Positions 12,803 to 27,159 of a stretch of DNA of 64,000 bases are shown here, one piece after another. The notes under the pieces are model-generated. The model was not told the DNA's origin. It worked only from the letters and a program-made list of their open reading frames with translations, and searched no databases. The number at the start of each line of letters is the position of its first letter. Position 1 is the stretch's first letter. The DNA comes from Ylistrum balloti (lineage: Eukaryota), in NCBI RefSeq assembly GCF_031769215.1, contig NW_026782045.1, positions 1,240,001 through 1,304,000 of the forward strand, given 5' to 3'. The translations under genes were made by a program, and so were the position numbers.

Positions 12803-13860
12803 ACCATAATTATACTACAATATAGTAAAATATTTCAGTTCTTAATACCATAAATATACTACAATATAGTAAAATATTTCTGTTCTTAATACCATAAATA
12901 TACTACAATATAGTAAAATATTTCAGTTCTTAATACCGTAAATATACTACAATATAGTAAAATATTTCTGTTCTTAATACCGTAAATATACTACAATATA
13001 GTAAAATATTTCTGTTCTTAATACCGTAAATATACTACAATATAGTAAAATATTTCTGTTCTTAATACCGTAAATATACTACAATATAGTAAAATATTTC
13101 TGTTCTTAATACCATAAATATACTACAATATAATAAAATATTTCTGTTCTTAATACCATAAATATACTACAATATAGTAAAATATTTCTGTTCTTAATAC
13201 CATAAATATACTACAATATAGTAAAATATTTCTGTTCTTAATACCATAAATATACTACAATATAGTAAAATATTTCAGTTCTTAATACCGTAAATATACT
13301 ACAATATAGTAAAATATTTCTGTTCTTAATACCGTAAATATACTACAATATAGTAAAATATTTCTGTTCTTAATACCGTAAATATACTACAATATAGTAA
13401 AATATTTCTGTTCTTAATACCATAAATATACTACAATATAGTAAAATATTTCTGTTCTTAATACCATAAATATACTACAATATAGTAAAATATTTCTGTT
13501 CTTAATACCGTAAATATACTACAATATAGTAAAATATTTCTGTTCTTAATACCGTAAATATACTACAATATAGTAAAATATTTCTGTTCTTAATACCGTA
13601 AATATACTACAATATAGTAAAATATTTCTGTTCTTAATACCATAAATATACTACAATATAGTAAAATATTTCTGTTCTTAATACCGTAAATATACTACAA
13701 TATAGTAAAATATTTCTGTTCTTAATACCGTAAATATACTACAATATAGTAAAATATTTCAGTTCTTAATACCGTAAATATACTAAAATATAGTAAAATA
13801 TTTCTGTTCTTAATACCATAAATATACTACTATAGAGTAAAATATTTTGATTATTAGTAT
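12803..13860. repeat. 44-bp AT-rich minisatellite, ~23 copies
   Basis: Unit aatatactacaatatagtaaaatatttctgttcttaatacc(a/g)ta, with decayed edges. Confidence 0.95.
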
Positions 13861-14119
13861 CATAATTATATTACTATATAGTAAAAAATTTCATTATTAC
13901 TACCGTAAATATACTATAATAAAATATCACAATTATTAATACAGACTATAATTAAATATATCAACTCTACACTTCAATACATTTACCTTTATATTTTTAA
14001 AAGATCGGACTTTTTTCAAGTTGTAACTTATAACTAGATAATAGAAGAGGGGTAATAGAGCCAACACCGGGTGCTGTTTGGTAGGCAGTTCAGTCGGTTC
14101 CTTATCAATTAATTAAGGT

Positions 14120-14290
14120 CGTGAAAAGGTAAGGGGTCACCTGCCCGACCACGTGGGTTTTCCACGGGTACTCCGGTTTCCTCCCACAATAAGACCCCTC
14201 GCGTGCTTACATCCGGGCCAACAAGAGTGATTAGTATAAGTTGACATAACTTGTTTCGCAATTGTTGTAAAATAAATAAAGTTTATATTT
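14120..14290 (+). mobile_element. 5'-truncated tRNA-derived SINE with V-domain-like core
   Basis: gtgggttttccacgggtactccggtttcctcccaca resembles the V-SINE core and ends in an aataaataaa tail. It aligns by eye with the fuller copy at 45802-46020. Confidence 0.75.
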
Positions 14291-14877
14291 AATCTCACTT
14301 ACACAGCTTCATTTAGGAGATTTTTGAAATTTGCAAACTTGATTTAAAGAGACGAATCCAGCTGGCATACTATTCATTTGAATTTGGTCCTATACAAATA
14401 TCTGGGTACATATTTGCACTAGAGAATGTGAGAACATTTTATTTAGTAGATTTTAATTCTTAGATATCTACAGCTCCATCCATTACTGGTAACTATTGAT
14501 TTGAAAAGGTACAACTTGGTGCCAGGTCACCTGCCAAACTTTGGGTATTATTATTTTCCGTACCTATTACATTTGTTCCCACTTAAATATAAAAAAAATC
14601 CTTTGTATTCCCTACCAACCAACAAGATTTTAATATTACAATGGCTGTTTGGTACAAATCATATACATAACCATAAACAATTTATTTTGTATTCTAAAAA
14701 ACATCCTCTATCTCATGAAAATTACCTAACTGATAAAATTGATACTTTTAAATTTTCAAAATAAACTTAAAACTGGGACATATGACAAAATTATGTTCGT
14801 GCTTGAATATATGTACAACAGATAGTTCAATGTTCCCTTTGTATATTTTCTAATATTTTTTAAAAATTTGTGTATTT

Positions 14878-15140
14878 TTGATATCAGATAATCAATATAT
14901 ATTTTGTGTCATTTTATTAAATATATATTTTGTGTCATTTGATATCAGATAATCAATATATATTTTGTGTCATTTGATATCAGATAATCAATATATATTT
15001 TGTGTCATTTGATATCAGATAATCAATATATATTTTGTGTCATTTGATATCAGATATCAGATAATCAATATATATTATGTGTCATTTGATATCAGATAAT
15101 CAATATATATTTTGTGTCATTTGATATCAGATAATCAATA
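14878..15140. repeat. 35-bp tandem repeat, ~7 copies
   Basis: Unit gatatcagataatcaatatatattttgtgtcattt. Confidence 0.9.
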
Positions 15141-15599
15141 GATATTATGTGTAGTTTGATAATTATATCCTGGTGAAATAGTTCCCATAACTGTTACACT
15201 AATCTACACTATCTGATACAGGGTGAAAGCCAATCAAAGTTATTAAACCATGCTATCTTCTATGCATGAAACTTCCTTGTTTAATCTTTTTTTTTCTTTC
15301 ATCAATTTCCTTTTGAGAAAAATATATAGCCCAGCAAATATGATTTGTTTACCTTAAAACTTCCTATGATGAAATTAAATGGACCACATTACATAATTTT
15401 TGTGTGTTTCCTATTTCAAGACTTAATGTGCACATTTCAATGTAGATATCGGGTGTTCATATTATCTAGACAAGACAAAACTCATGACCATGTACATGTA
15501 CACACAATTACATAGCTCTCCTGGTCTGACAACCTGTAAGTTTATTTCATGATGCGGTGTCCATTAACTTATAAGTAAAAATATCTACTAGTCATGAAT

Positions 15600-16020
15600 G
15601 ACTGCACAGACTTTGACCTTTGGTCAGAAGCATCCTTGAGGATGGGGAACCAATTTTCTTTAGATATTAGTTCTTGGCCCCCACGGGCCAGATTGGATGG
15701 GCCCAAAAGAGAAAATGTTGTAAGTACTTTACAAAATCAAAATTCTACTTCTCCTGTAGGAATGAATAGATATTGCCCAAATTTGGTCTGTAGATTTATT
15801 GGGTGAAGAGGAATCATTCTTGTATAAACGTAAAGCCTTGGTCTCCTGAGGTAGGAGGGGTGGGGTCCAATAGAGGAAATAGAGTAAATTCTTATAAATC
15901 CTACCCCTCTTGTAGGAATAAATGGATATTGCCCAAATTTGGTCTGAAGCATCCTTGGGTGAAGAGTTATCAATCTTGTATAAACATTCGATCTCAGTAC
16001 CAAGTGGGTAGGAGGTAACA
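15600..16020. mobile_element. Degenerate ~155-bp repeat, resembling bivalve satellite/Helentron-internal repeats
   Basis: cttgtaggaat.aat.gatattgcccaaatttggtctg occurs twice, about 155 bp apart, and gaagcatccttg twice. The family assignment is from recall only. Confidence 0.4.
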
Positions 16021-19000
16021 TCAGAAAGACATCCAAGGAAGGCAAAAGAAATCTAGATCATAGCGAAAAAATTCTCAGTCCAGGATCAATAAATCAGCAC
16101 TTTAAGATCATTCCACACAGTTAACTCATATCATTGACTAGGAAAATTAAAAAAACAGTTGACAGGGAAAACAACATTCTCAGGCAGCTGGTTAGGAACG
16201 CCATCTGTAGTGGGCCAGTGCTAAACAGGGACAATGGGGGCCACAGACTCCCGCACATTTATGACAAAGTGTTAAACAAACTATAGCTGAATTGACTAAA
16301 GGGCTATCATCTTGTGTAATTTTTGGTCTATAATATGTTTACCATCTCCTCACACTATTTTTTAACCTTGAAGCATACATAGGATGATAAAACAGCTGAA
16401 AAAAGTTGGTCAAAATTCCTTACCATCTCATACAATGCATGTGTCAGTGCTGGTACGCCCCATAATGGTCATTTGTCTGACGACAGTGACCGTATAATCA
16501 TCCAAATGTCACACTCTAATCTTCTACAAGTTGTATTGTTTTATAAGAACTTCTATTCTGCTGATATTATCAACCCAAAGAAAATGTTCTCCTATCAAAC
16601 CATAAAGATAAATTTTAGAACCTTGTCAATATAGGATTTAAGCAGTTTTTCCAAATTTTATTTCTTTTTGCTGTTTTGGAGATTAATAATTGTCAAATGA
16701 AATCGAAAATTAACATTTTGAGGTTTTGCTTATCCCAGTATTATTCTTTCACATTTTAAGCTATAAGAAATTTACTGAAAACAAGGGTCACTTTAAAAAG
16801 AAACCAAGAATATTTATTATCCACGAAAAGACAATGAAGAAAAACTTATCCTTCCATTAACACATACTCTGATACATATAATGGTAACAGAAGTGCAACA
16901 AGCTTTTTTTTTGTTTTTTTTTTCTTTTTGAATTACTTTCTATCATCTAACTTGTCAAAAAAACATGACCAGAACAGTTAATTTAAAAATTTTGAGCATC
17001 TTAAGTTCCATATATATTTAAATTATATCATTGACTTCTTTGCAGACAGAAGAGAAAGTTGGTGGAAACTGGAGAAACTGAGATAAACCTACACATTTTT
17101 ACAGGTGACTCCATACCTTTATTGGGGAATGGTAACCAGGTCACTTTGGTGAACATCAAATTCATTACAAATGCACCAAAGGCCCATTCTAAAATTGTCA
17201 CCAGTGTGACTAAAAACTACCTCTTAGAGAAAAAAATTTACAAACCATTTTCTTTATACTGCAACCACCAAGATCTGAAGATATTTCTTCAAACTCCGAT
17301 GAACTTGTGCTGTCACCAAACGTTTTCCAGCTAAAGCCTGAAGTACCGACTTTAAACAAAGGCACATTTTTGTATTGTTCTGGTTTGCTTCTGTGCATTG
17401 TAGAATGAATTTTGATATTCAACAAATTTGAGAAGAACAAGTTCAATAATTTTACTGTCAATCTCCTTTGAAACATCCCACACGTTTTAAAACAACAATT
17501 TGTAGATTTGGCTATGAATTCTATTTTTCAGCATTTATATAAGGGAATGTTACCACGTACTTATCACGAGACAGCAGCAGTGATTTCATATCCAACTAAT
17601 ACTTAGTTATAATAATAGATCATCCAAAACAGAATATGAAAACACTTTATACAACATCCATGCTAACTTCCCTTGAATCGAGAATGAACTCTCCTTGCCT
17701 TAATCTCGGTGTATCCACTTAGATATCTTAAGGGTTGACAGGACTAAATCAAGTGATCTAAGATGACAAATGATCATATGTCTTAATGTACAAGACAGAC
17801 CAGCAGATTGGTCAAAAAACAATCTGTGGTCTTGTTTCCTGTCGGTCAAAAATGTAGGATCAAACAGGAATTCTTCATTTAAAATAACTACATTGTTTAA
17901 CAGGATAAGATTTGGTATGCCATTTAATACACACAGCACATTTCCTCGGCAACAAAAACACAAGTCACGCACTTCAGCTTGACTGGTTTGTTTACAAATA
18001 AAGATTATCATGTCTCAGATGTGATATCATATGAAGAAATGAAAGTCATTTCTTGAATGAGCAATGAAGTGGCCTTTTGAGTAAGATATTAACAGAGGTC
18101 ATGTGACCTTGACACCTGATTGTGAAACATACATACTTATTCAACCCTAATAAAGGTGCTTTGTACTTACAAAAAGAAAACAACAACACGAAATGATGTG
18201 TTAAATAAAATGAAGTGCAAGGAAAATTTTCAGATATGACAAGTTTGGATCAAGAAACTTAGGTAGCAGGACACAGTTAGATTTAATGTTTCTTCAAAAT
18301 GTGACTTCAGGCCATAGTTTATTTCTTAGTGGCTTGGTATATGATAAACAAAGAGTTCAAAGGCTGAATATTATATTGGTTAATCAGTGAAATAAAAAAG
18401 GTACCTTAAAAACGCTTATGAAAATGAAATCTTTGCAAAATTCATTCGACTTTCCTTGAGAAGGAGTGGAAGACTTCAATAATGTTTTAACAGTGCTTGC
18501 TTCAATATGACTATAAACTAAATCTGCAGTAAATGGAGCAGATATCAATACTTTATACGACGGGTAGTCATTTCTCTAAAACCTGAAGCTGAGGAAAAAA
18601 GTAAAGTTAATGTTATAACTACTTGGTGGGTTCAGATATAACAACCTAACTTTTTTCCAGCTTGGTATAGCACTTGATGAGAAGCTTTTCAGTGTCCTTA
18701 ATTTTCAGAGTTGCTGGACCATAAAATTTGGAAGATAATTTGTAATTAATTAGGGTTGTGTTGAGGCACTAATACATTATCTATGTACCAGGTTTAGTTA
18801 GACTTTCTGATTGACAGATCTGGAGGCAAAGCTTTATCATGTTGTGATGCTGCAAACAGTGGAAAAGTAACACCAAAATCACTTCACGGTTTCTCCATAC
18901 AGCCCAACCAAAGCTATACCTTTGACACTATTCTCAATCTTGGTTTTTACAGTGAAAAGAATTTGAGTATTTTCACAAATTTGACAATTGTGTTCTTTAT

Positions 19001-19103
19001 TATGGGTCAAGGTCATTTTTTTGGAATAATTCGCTGGACTGCATCTTAGGGACCTACCAGACAATTATCACAATTCTTAGGTAAGCATCTGGGTTAAATT
19101 AAT

Positions 19104-21140
19104 CAAGAGGCCCCATGGGCCTTAATCATCACCTAACTAATCTCACTTGAACTAAAACTGGAAAGAGCCATAATCCTATTAAGTTCTTATCCAAGATCTT
19201 AATGATATCAGACTGCATACCAAGTTTCACCAAAACCCAATCTGAAGGACTCAAGTTAATATGTTCAAAACATTCATTAACCATGAAACTGCATAGGACC
19301 ATAACTCTGTAAATTACAACTGAATTGGTTCCGTTGGTCTCGTGTGAGATCATATTGTCATAACAATGCATACCAAGTTTTATTAAAATCTACTTTAGTC
19401 AAATGATCATGTTCCTAAGGTCTAAAGGTAAACAAATCGCAAAAGGTCATAATTTGTGTAAGTTATGATCAAAATGGTCCCATCATAAAATCCATACAAG
19501 ATCTTATTGATATAAGGCTTCATACCAAATTTCTTTATAATCTGTTCATATTTATTCAAGTTATTGTGTTCACAAGACCCGGGGTAATAGGATTGTGAAG
19601 GGCCATAACTCTGCAAATTATGATCAAATCAGTTCCATTTTTGAACTCATCCCAAATGCTAATGTAAGGTTGTAGACCACGATTCAGTAAAACCTGTTCC
19701 TATCGACTCAAATTATCATTTTCACAATGTGTAATGGTAATAAAATTACAAAGGGCCATAACTCTGTTAAACATTAAACATTGTCAAACTCACCTAAGAC
19801 CTTATTGAAATAAGGCTGCATACTAAGTTGCATTAAAATCTGTTTATCTTTACTTAAGTTACCCTGTTCAAAATATCTATGTTACTAAAAATGCAAAGGA
19901 CCATAACTATGTATATTACCATCAAATCAGTCATATGTTGACAATCGTTAGTGATCTTATAGATATAAGGCTGCATGACATATGTTATCAAAATTTGTTC
20001 ATATCTATTCAAGTTATCAGGTTCACAAGGTCCAATAGAAATAAAACTGCAAATGTACACACCTCTATGAGTTACTATTGAATTGGTGCCATTGTTGAAT
20101 GCATCAGAGGTCTTATTTATAAAGCTGCATAATACGATTCATTACAAAAGGCCTGTGGACTTAAGAGTCGTCTGACTATAAAGACATATATATGATATAT
20201 AATGAGCCTGAGTTGCTCAACTCTTCAACAGCTAACACAAAAGACTTTGTTGGTTCATAAAGTCTATATCTTTAACTAGAAATCCTATTCCTAAAGCTTC
20301 ATAAACATCACAACCCAGGACCTATTGATTACTGAATGAAGCAGTTTTATGTGACATTACATTTGACCCCAAATAACCTTAAAAGTGGGTCAAGATCAAT
20401 CATATGAATAACATTGGCAGCCCTTCATCCAGTTATGTTACAGAACCAATATCAGAAACTTTGACCTATTGTTCATCAACAACATATTTTTGTTAAGATT
20501 TTCACATGTTAGACACCAATGACCTTGAAGGTGGGTCAATGTCATTTATTTGGCTTGGTAGTACTTTATCCTACCATGCCACAGGACCAATATCAGCACC
20601 CTGGACTTAATGGTTACCATACTGAGAAGAAGTTATTTAAAGATTATGACCCATTTGACCTTGAAATTTACTTAAAGTTATTCATTTGAGCAAATATGGT
20701 AGCACTTTATCCCAGCATGCCACAGGCCTAATATCAGCATATTGTGCCTTTTGGTTATTGAAATAACATTGTATAAAGAGTTTAACACATTTCACCACTG
20801 TAGCCTTGAAATTGACTCATAGTCATTCATCTGGACAAACTTTGTTGCCTTTAATTCATCCCAGCACACTACATGTCAAGTATCAGCATCTTAAGCCATT
20901 TGGTTATTGCAAAAAAGTTGTTAACAAACTTTAATATATTTGATCCCTCTGACCTTAAAAGTAGGTCAAGATAATTATATTGAAAATAAATTTGTAGCCC
21001 TCATCCCAGCAGCTGTAAGCACAATATCAACACCTTGGCACTTTGCTTATTCAGAAGTTGTATAATTTTTAAACACATTTGTCCACAATGAAGTGGGTCA
21101 GAAAGTGGGTGAAGGTCATACATTCAGCTTAAGAGTTCTG
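19104..21140. mobile_element. Decayed non-autonomous Helentron/HINE-like element
   Basis: Begins caagaggccccatgggccttaatcatcacct and has recurring ccataactct, ccaagttt and gaccttgaa.gt.ggtcaa motifs at roughly 150-bp spacing. Ends are not resolved. Confidence 0.4.
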
Positions 21141-21484
21141 ACAAAGACTTTTTCATTAACAGATTTCAAATGAAGGTAACTAAGGTTTTTTTTTGTAGTT
21201 GTAGGTTGCATGTAAAAAACACAGGGTAAGCAAATACAGTTCACAATCTTTACAAAACCGTCTATAATTTTTCATGAATAATATTGGAACCGTATAATAT
21301 ATTTTTATTTTTTTTTACACTAAATGTGTAAATTCAGGGACTTTTTAAAGCATTCATACCTGATTCCAAGATTTTCAAAACAAATATGAATTCCAAGACA
21401 TAAACATGCAAGAAATGAAATTCTACAGCTTTTCATTATTGTATATACCTTATGCATGTATAGTTATCTTATATAACCACTTAC

Positions 21485-21550
21485 TATAGCAGTGGTGCGT
21501 ACATCCTTGATCCCCTGGTCCGTGATGGTAGCTGGATCTAACAAAGACAT
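21485..21550 (-). CDS. RAB32/38: Candidate alternative first coding exon of Rab32/38 (MSLLDPATITDQGIKDVRTTAI)
   Basis: ATG with A at -3, an upstream in-frame stop, 22 open codons, and a GTAAGT donor in phase 0, which matches the acceptor at 11926. Confidence 0.6.
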
Positions 21551-22711
21551 TCTCTTTCTCGTGATGAATTTCCAAGATAGGGTTAATTTAAAATGATTAT
21601 CTTTCTGGATCTTTTGTTTGAAATCCTAAATTGACGGTTCTTTTAGTGAATAAGATAAATAAGATAAAAAAATCACATTAAGCTTTAAATGTCATTTTCT
21701 ACATATATGAGCCAAGAAAATTAGATATCTAGCACAGGTACCATATATGTAGTTTCCAATCATGGGTTTCACTCTCTAGAAATTTTACATCTGATAAATG
21801 TTACGACGTGAAATCTGTACAGACTCATATAGGGATGTTACTGAAATGTTCGGTTGGAATCACTTCAATATCCATGAATATCTGGTCATGTCCATACTTA
21901 ATATATTGAAAATCCAACACTGCTGACAGACAACACTGTCTAAGTTGCTATAGATATCAAAGTTCAGATGAAAGTGTTCTACATTGACAAAAACACCAGC
22001 ACCACATGATCATTTTAGGGACATGTGAAGGAGGTCCTGATCACTGTAAAGAAAATGCTTTAAACCGTGTGTAAAATATGTCACAGATAATACGTCATGT
22101 GATTTTGTGTCCTGAAAAATCAAAGCTACCTATTCACCATTCACATGACTCGAGTCTGTAAATGAGTTCAGTCAGGTGAATAAATGTTTGTATGTACAGA
22201 GAATCCAAAAGCAAAACCTGTTTAAAAGTTGTTCATCCCTCTGTCTCCAATTTTAGACAACAACTATCGATAAGATTTACAGCTAATGATTCAGTAATTC
22301 ATTGATGTATAATACAGATAAGGATGATTTAAGCTAACATAAACATGTATATCCATGGTCTATTGATATGCATTGTCACAATGGGATGTTTCAGACGTGT
22401 ACATAAATACATATACATGTTTCACTATACAACAGAACTACATCAAATATATCACTACATCAGCATATCATCAATCGTGTCTTCCACATCTACAAAGGAA
22501 GATTATCTGTAGGGGTCACACATCAACAAAAGTCATGCATCTGTGGAGGTCATTTGGAGGTCAACTGTAAAACAAATGTCAATTAATTTATCTGTACAAG
22601 TCATCCGTCAGTGAAGGTCAAGCATCTGTGGAGGTCACCTATCAATAGAGGTCAATATTCAAGGTCACTTGTAAAAGAAGGTCGAGTATCTGTGTGTCAA
22701 CTGTGAAAGTC

Positions 22712-23025
22712 ACATGTCAATAAAGGTCACTCATCCATGGAGGTCACTTGTCAACTGTGGAAGTCACATGTCAATAAAGGTCAATCATCCACAGAGGTCA
22801 CTTGTCAACTGTGGAAGTCACATGTCAATAAAGTTCAATCATCCACAGAGGTCACTTGTCAACTGTGGAAGTCACATGTCAATAAAGGTCAATCATCCAT
22901 GGAGGTCACTTGTCAACTGTGGAAGTCACATGTCAATAAAGGTCAATCATCCACAGAGGTCACTTGTCAACTGTGGAAGTCACATGTCAATAAAGGTCAA
23001 TCATTCATGGAGGTCACTTGTCAAT
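22712..23025. repeat. 54-bp tandem repeat, ~6 copies, inside an AGGTCA-rich tract (22500-23110)
   Basis: Unit cacatgtcaataaaggtcaatcatccacagaggtcacttgtcaactgtggaagt. Confidence 0.9.
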
Positions 23026-23995
23026 GAAGGTCGAGTATCTATGAAGTCACCAATCAGTAAAGGTCTATCATCAGTGGGGGTCACTTTTCAATTAAGGTCA
23101 ATTTTCTACTGAAGTGATCTTTTAAATAAGGTTAGATATGACATTTTTACACCTTTATTAACTTCACTGAATTAAAACACTGACCTGTTCTTGTAAATTT
23201 TACCATCAAATTTAATCATCAAGTATTGATTCATTTGTATCAACCAAGTTGACATTATTTATTTATCATTACATTTACTTTTTGCTGCCTGACCTCTGTT
23301 GTTATGTGAATGGCACACAAAGATATATGTATGTGAATGTTGAACTTCATATCACTATATTCCTTTTCATTCCCAATAATTATGAGTTGATAAGAGATTA
23401 GCTGTATCAACACATTTTTATTCCCTACATCACTTTAAGCCAATTACATGAAATATTTCCTCAAACCAACTCTGATTTACAGGACTAAATATATATCTAT
23501 GTATTCATGCATGACTAATGAATAGTGAGCTTGTAAATAGAAACAAAACAATTTTCTGAACAATTTTCCGGTTCCTCCTGAGTTGAGTTAATCACACTAA
23601 AAATCATTAGTTTGTATATTGTACTTATCCAGAGATCAGGCCATGTATTATGCCAGCTGACAGCTATTGATATGACAGTATTGTCCTGTAATAAGCCCAC
23701 CTCACTATAAGGAGTCAGAGTACATAGCTATAACACCTATATATGAATAAAGCACAGGTGACATTTCACCCCTAATTGGACCCTAGGATAAAACAATATT
23801 CTAGATATTGAAATTATCTGATCAATAAATTAACTTAGCAGAGGCTTTGAACATGATGAACTGAATCGAAAATAAGAAACAAATAATCCTGGTTGTCAGG
23901 TTCATTGCCTCATGAAAAGCAAGGCCTCTTTATAGTTGATGGTACCACAACTTTCTCTCAAGGATACATCCACCAGAGTCTAGGACAGTGTGGTC

Positions 23996-25040
23996 TCGAC
24001 TTCCCTGGGTCCAGAGACTGAACCACGTTATCGACTTCCCTGGGTCCAGAGACTGAACCACGTTATCGACTTCCCTGGGTCCAGAGACTGAACCACGTTA
24101 TCGACTTCCCTGGGTCCAGAGACTGAACCACGTTATCGACTTCCCTGGGTCCAGAGACTGAACCACGTTATCGACTTCCCTGGGTCCAGAGACTGAACCA
24201 CGTTATCGACTTCCCCGGGTCCAGAGACTGAACCACGTTATCGACTTCCCCGGGTCCAGAGACTGAACCACGTTATCGACTTCCCCGGGTCCAGAGACTG
24301 AACCACATTATCGACTTCCCCGGGTCCAGAGACTGAACCACGTTATCGACTTCCCCGGGTCCAGAGACTGAACCACGTTATCGACTTCCCCGGGTCCAGA
24401 GACTGAACCACGTTATCGACTTCCCCGGGTCCAGAGACTGAACCACGTTATCGACTTCCCCGGGTCCAGAGACTGAACCACGTTATCGACTTCCCCGGGT
24501 CCAGAGACTGAACCACGTTATCGACTTCCCCGGGTCCAGAGACTGAACCACGTTATCGACTTCCCCGGGTCCAGAGACTGAACCACGTTATCGACTTCCC
24601 CGGGTCCAGAGACTGAACCACGTTATCGACTTCCCCGGGTCCAGAGACTGAACCACGTTATCGACTTCCCCGGGTCCAGAGACTGAACCACGTTATCGAC
24701 TTCCCCGGGTCCAGAGACTGAACCACGTTATCGACTTCCCTGGGTCCAGAGACTGAACCACGTTATCGACTTCCCTGGGTCCAGAGACTGAACCACGTTA
24801 TCGACTTCCCTGGGTCCAGAGACTGAACCACATTATCGACTTCCCTGGGTCCAGAGACTGAACCACGTTATCGACTTCCCTGGGTCCAGAGACTGAACCA
24901 CGTTATCGACTTCCCCGGGTCCAGAGACTGAACCACATTATCGACTTCCCCGGGTCCAGAGACTGAACCACGTTATCGACTTCCCCGGGTCCAGAGACTG
25001 AACCACGTTATCGACTTCCCTGGGTCCAGAGACTGAACCA
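23996..25040. repeat. 35-bp GC-rich, very homogeneous minisatellite, ~30 copies
   Basis: Unit tcgacttccc(c/t)gggtccagagactgaaccac(g/a)tta. Confidence 0.97.
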
Positions 25041-25106
25041 ATATTATCTCAGATCACCAGCTGATTTTACAAAGTCTAATGTCCCACGGACTAAATTATC
25101 ATCCAC

Positions 25107-25330
25107 TTTTTTTTGTTCGTTTGCTGGATTTATCACCCCATGAACAGCCAGGGTCATTTGGAAGCAGTTTCTCCTGGTAGTAGCTGATGGCTACCTAACT
25201 GAACAACATACAGGAAGGCCACCACATACTGGTCTGTTTCTCAGCTTCCTGTGAAACACAAACCCCCACCCACAGTAAGTGTCAATTTATGCACCTTGGA
25301 CCTTCACCTGAGGTTACCTAGACCAACACT
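25107..25330 (-). mobile_element. Possible degenerate SINE in reverse orientation
   Basis: T-rich tail followed by gctggatttatcaccccatgaacagccagggtcatt, resembling inverted mollusc SINE 3' ends. From recall only. Confidence 0.3.
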
Positions 25331-27159
25331 ACAATTGACAACCTATCATATACTAGCCCCATTACAAATGTGAAAGCAGTACAAAACATTTCCTTGTTCA
25401 TCTGTTGAATTCCTGAGATACCACCAGTTTACTCTGTTACTCACTTGTTTCAGCTGAACAAAACACCTGACAGCTGATTTAACAATTAACTGATCACCTA
25501 TAGATGACAAAGTCTATCGATGAATTTAGGATGTTGAATATTAGAAGTATACCTTGATAGTATCCAATCAGAAAGTTACGCCACATTAAATTTAACCTAA
25601 AATCTTTGACATTCATTGAGAGATAAACTGTAGATCTATAGTCAATATAGACTGCCTATGCTATGAATCTTGACATGTACATTTTCACAGCAGTGTTTCA
25701 GCTAGAATGAAACAGCATGGGGCATCCACTCCATATTTTCAAAAACTAAACTGTAATGGAATATTGAATATGAGGATAACAGGTGAACACACCATGTTTA
25801 CAGACTCAAGATGTGCACATTTAAATATGTAGCATTGAAATAAGATCTGTAAACTGTAATCAGTTCATTACTATATAATGTATCATTTACTGTGACCTCA
25901 ACTGTCACCATGGAAACATCATGTTTACACTGGAAGCACGTCGTAAAATCTCACACTGGGTATGATGTGTAAAATTCCCTGTTTCAGGTAAAACATATGA
26001 AGAACGAATTAAAGTATTAATGACTTATGGTTAAATTATAATTTTGGACATGTGTTGTAAATATTTGTCAAAACTGGCCGACTTAAATTTGTCATGGAAG
26101 AGATATCCGGTCTTGTGCAGTAGTATGACCTATGCAGTCTACAATATGCCTAGGGTAAAATTACTAAATCATCACATTTTCCGGCATTTTATAAGATTTT
26201 TTCAAGCGAGTCCAGAACACCATTCCAAAATTCTGATAAGTCCCAATACTAAGAGACATAGTGGGTCCTAGACATTTGAGTGAATCCCAAAGGAAATGCA
26301 CATTTGAGTTCCAAATATACTGATTTTGTATCATTTTTTTTAATATAAAACCCCCAGTTCCTCTTCCTATACAAATGCAGCACTTGATTAACTATGAATA
26401 TTGCCAGCTGCCTTCAAATTAAAGACTTGCATATGAAGCACATTATGTATGTGCCCTTTGTATACAGGTATATCCTTATTTTACCTGGACTTTTTTACTA
26501 CCAAGCCTTTTTGAAATACTGACAACTGGTTCACAATTATCTACCAATCTAGAGTGTCAACTTTTGTTGTTCACTTATTCAAACACATGAATGCACAGTC
26601 ACTATAGAGAAAGCGTAAACTCATCCCATTTCTTGACCCCGATGTAAAAACTGATATTGTCAGACTTAATGTCGTAACCCTAGTTCTCTGCTATAACACA
26701 CCCATATCACAGTACGTGAATCCGCATCAAAGGCTCAATACTTTGGCATTAATAAACACACAGACATACATGTAATTATGAATAAGACCGCCGATCAGTC
26801 ATGATTAAGAATACGTAAACGGAATATTTCAGAATGGCCATATCAACATGTAAGACCATATCCCATTACTATCCGGTAGCATTAAACGATACGCTACATT
26901 TCTTTTTACTATGGGAATGGTGAACATATTTCATCATGAGAGACAGTCGTGTTTTTACTTTTTTAACGGGGCAGACTAAATCATGTGACAATTGGCAGAT
27001 AGCAAATTCGCGATTTACATCAGGTCACCTGTTAACCGGGTCAAATCTCAGAAACATCTCTCTCCGATAATTACATACATGGAAAATATATCACAACAGG
27101 AGCACAAGTCACTGATCGGCATATGCAAATAATCATATTAAAAAGCAATGTTAACTTAC

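Noticed and set aside
17210-17476. 88-aa minus-strand ORF in the Rab first intron
   Set aside because: It has no recognisable motif and ends in a stop without a usable donor.
18818-19080. Plus-strand segment between ttgacAG and TTAG|GTAAGC with a ~77-codon open frame
   Set aside because: No recognisable protein and no partner exons were found. An antisense non-coding exon cannot be excluded.
22714-23112. 18-aa periodic ORFs
   Set aside because: They result from the 54-bp repeat and lack convincing splice or start context.
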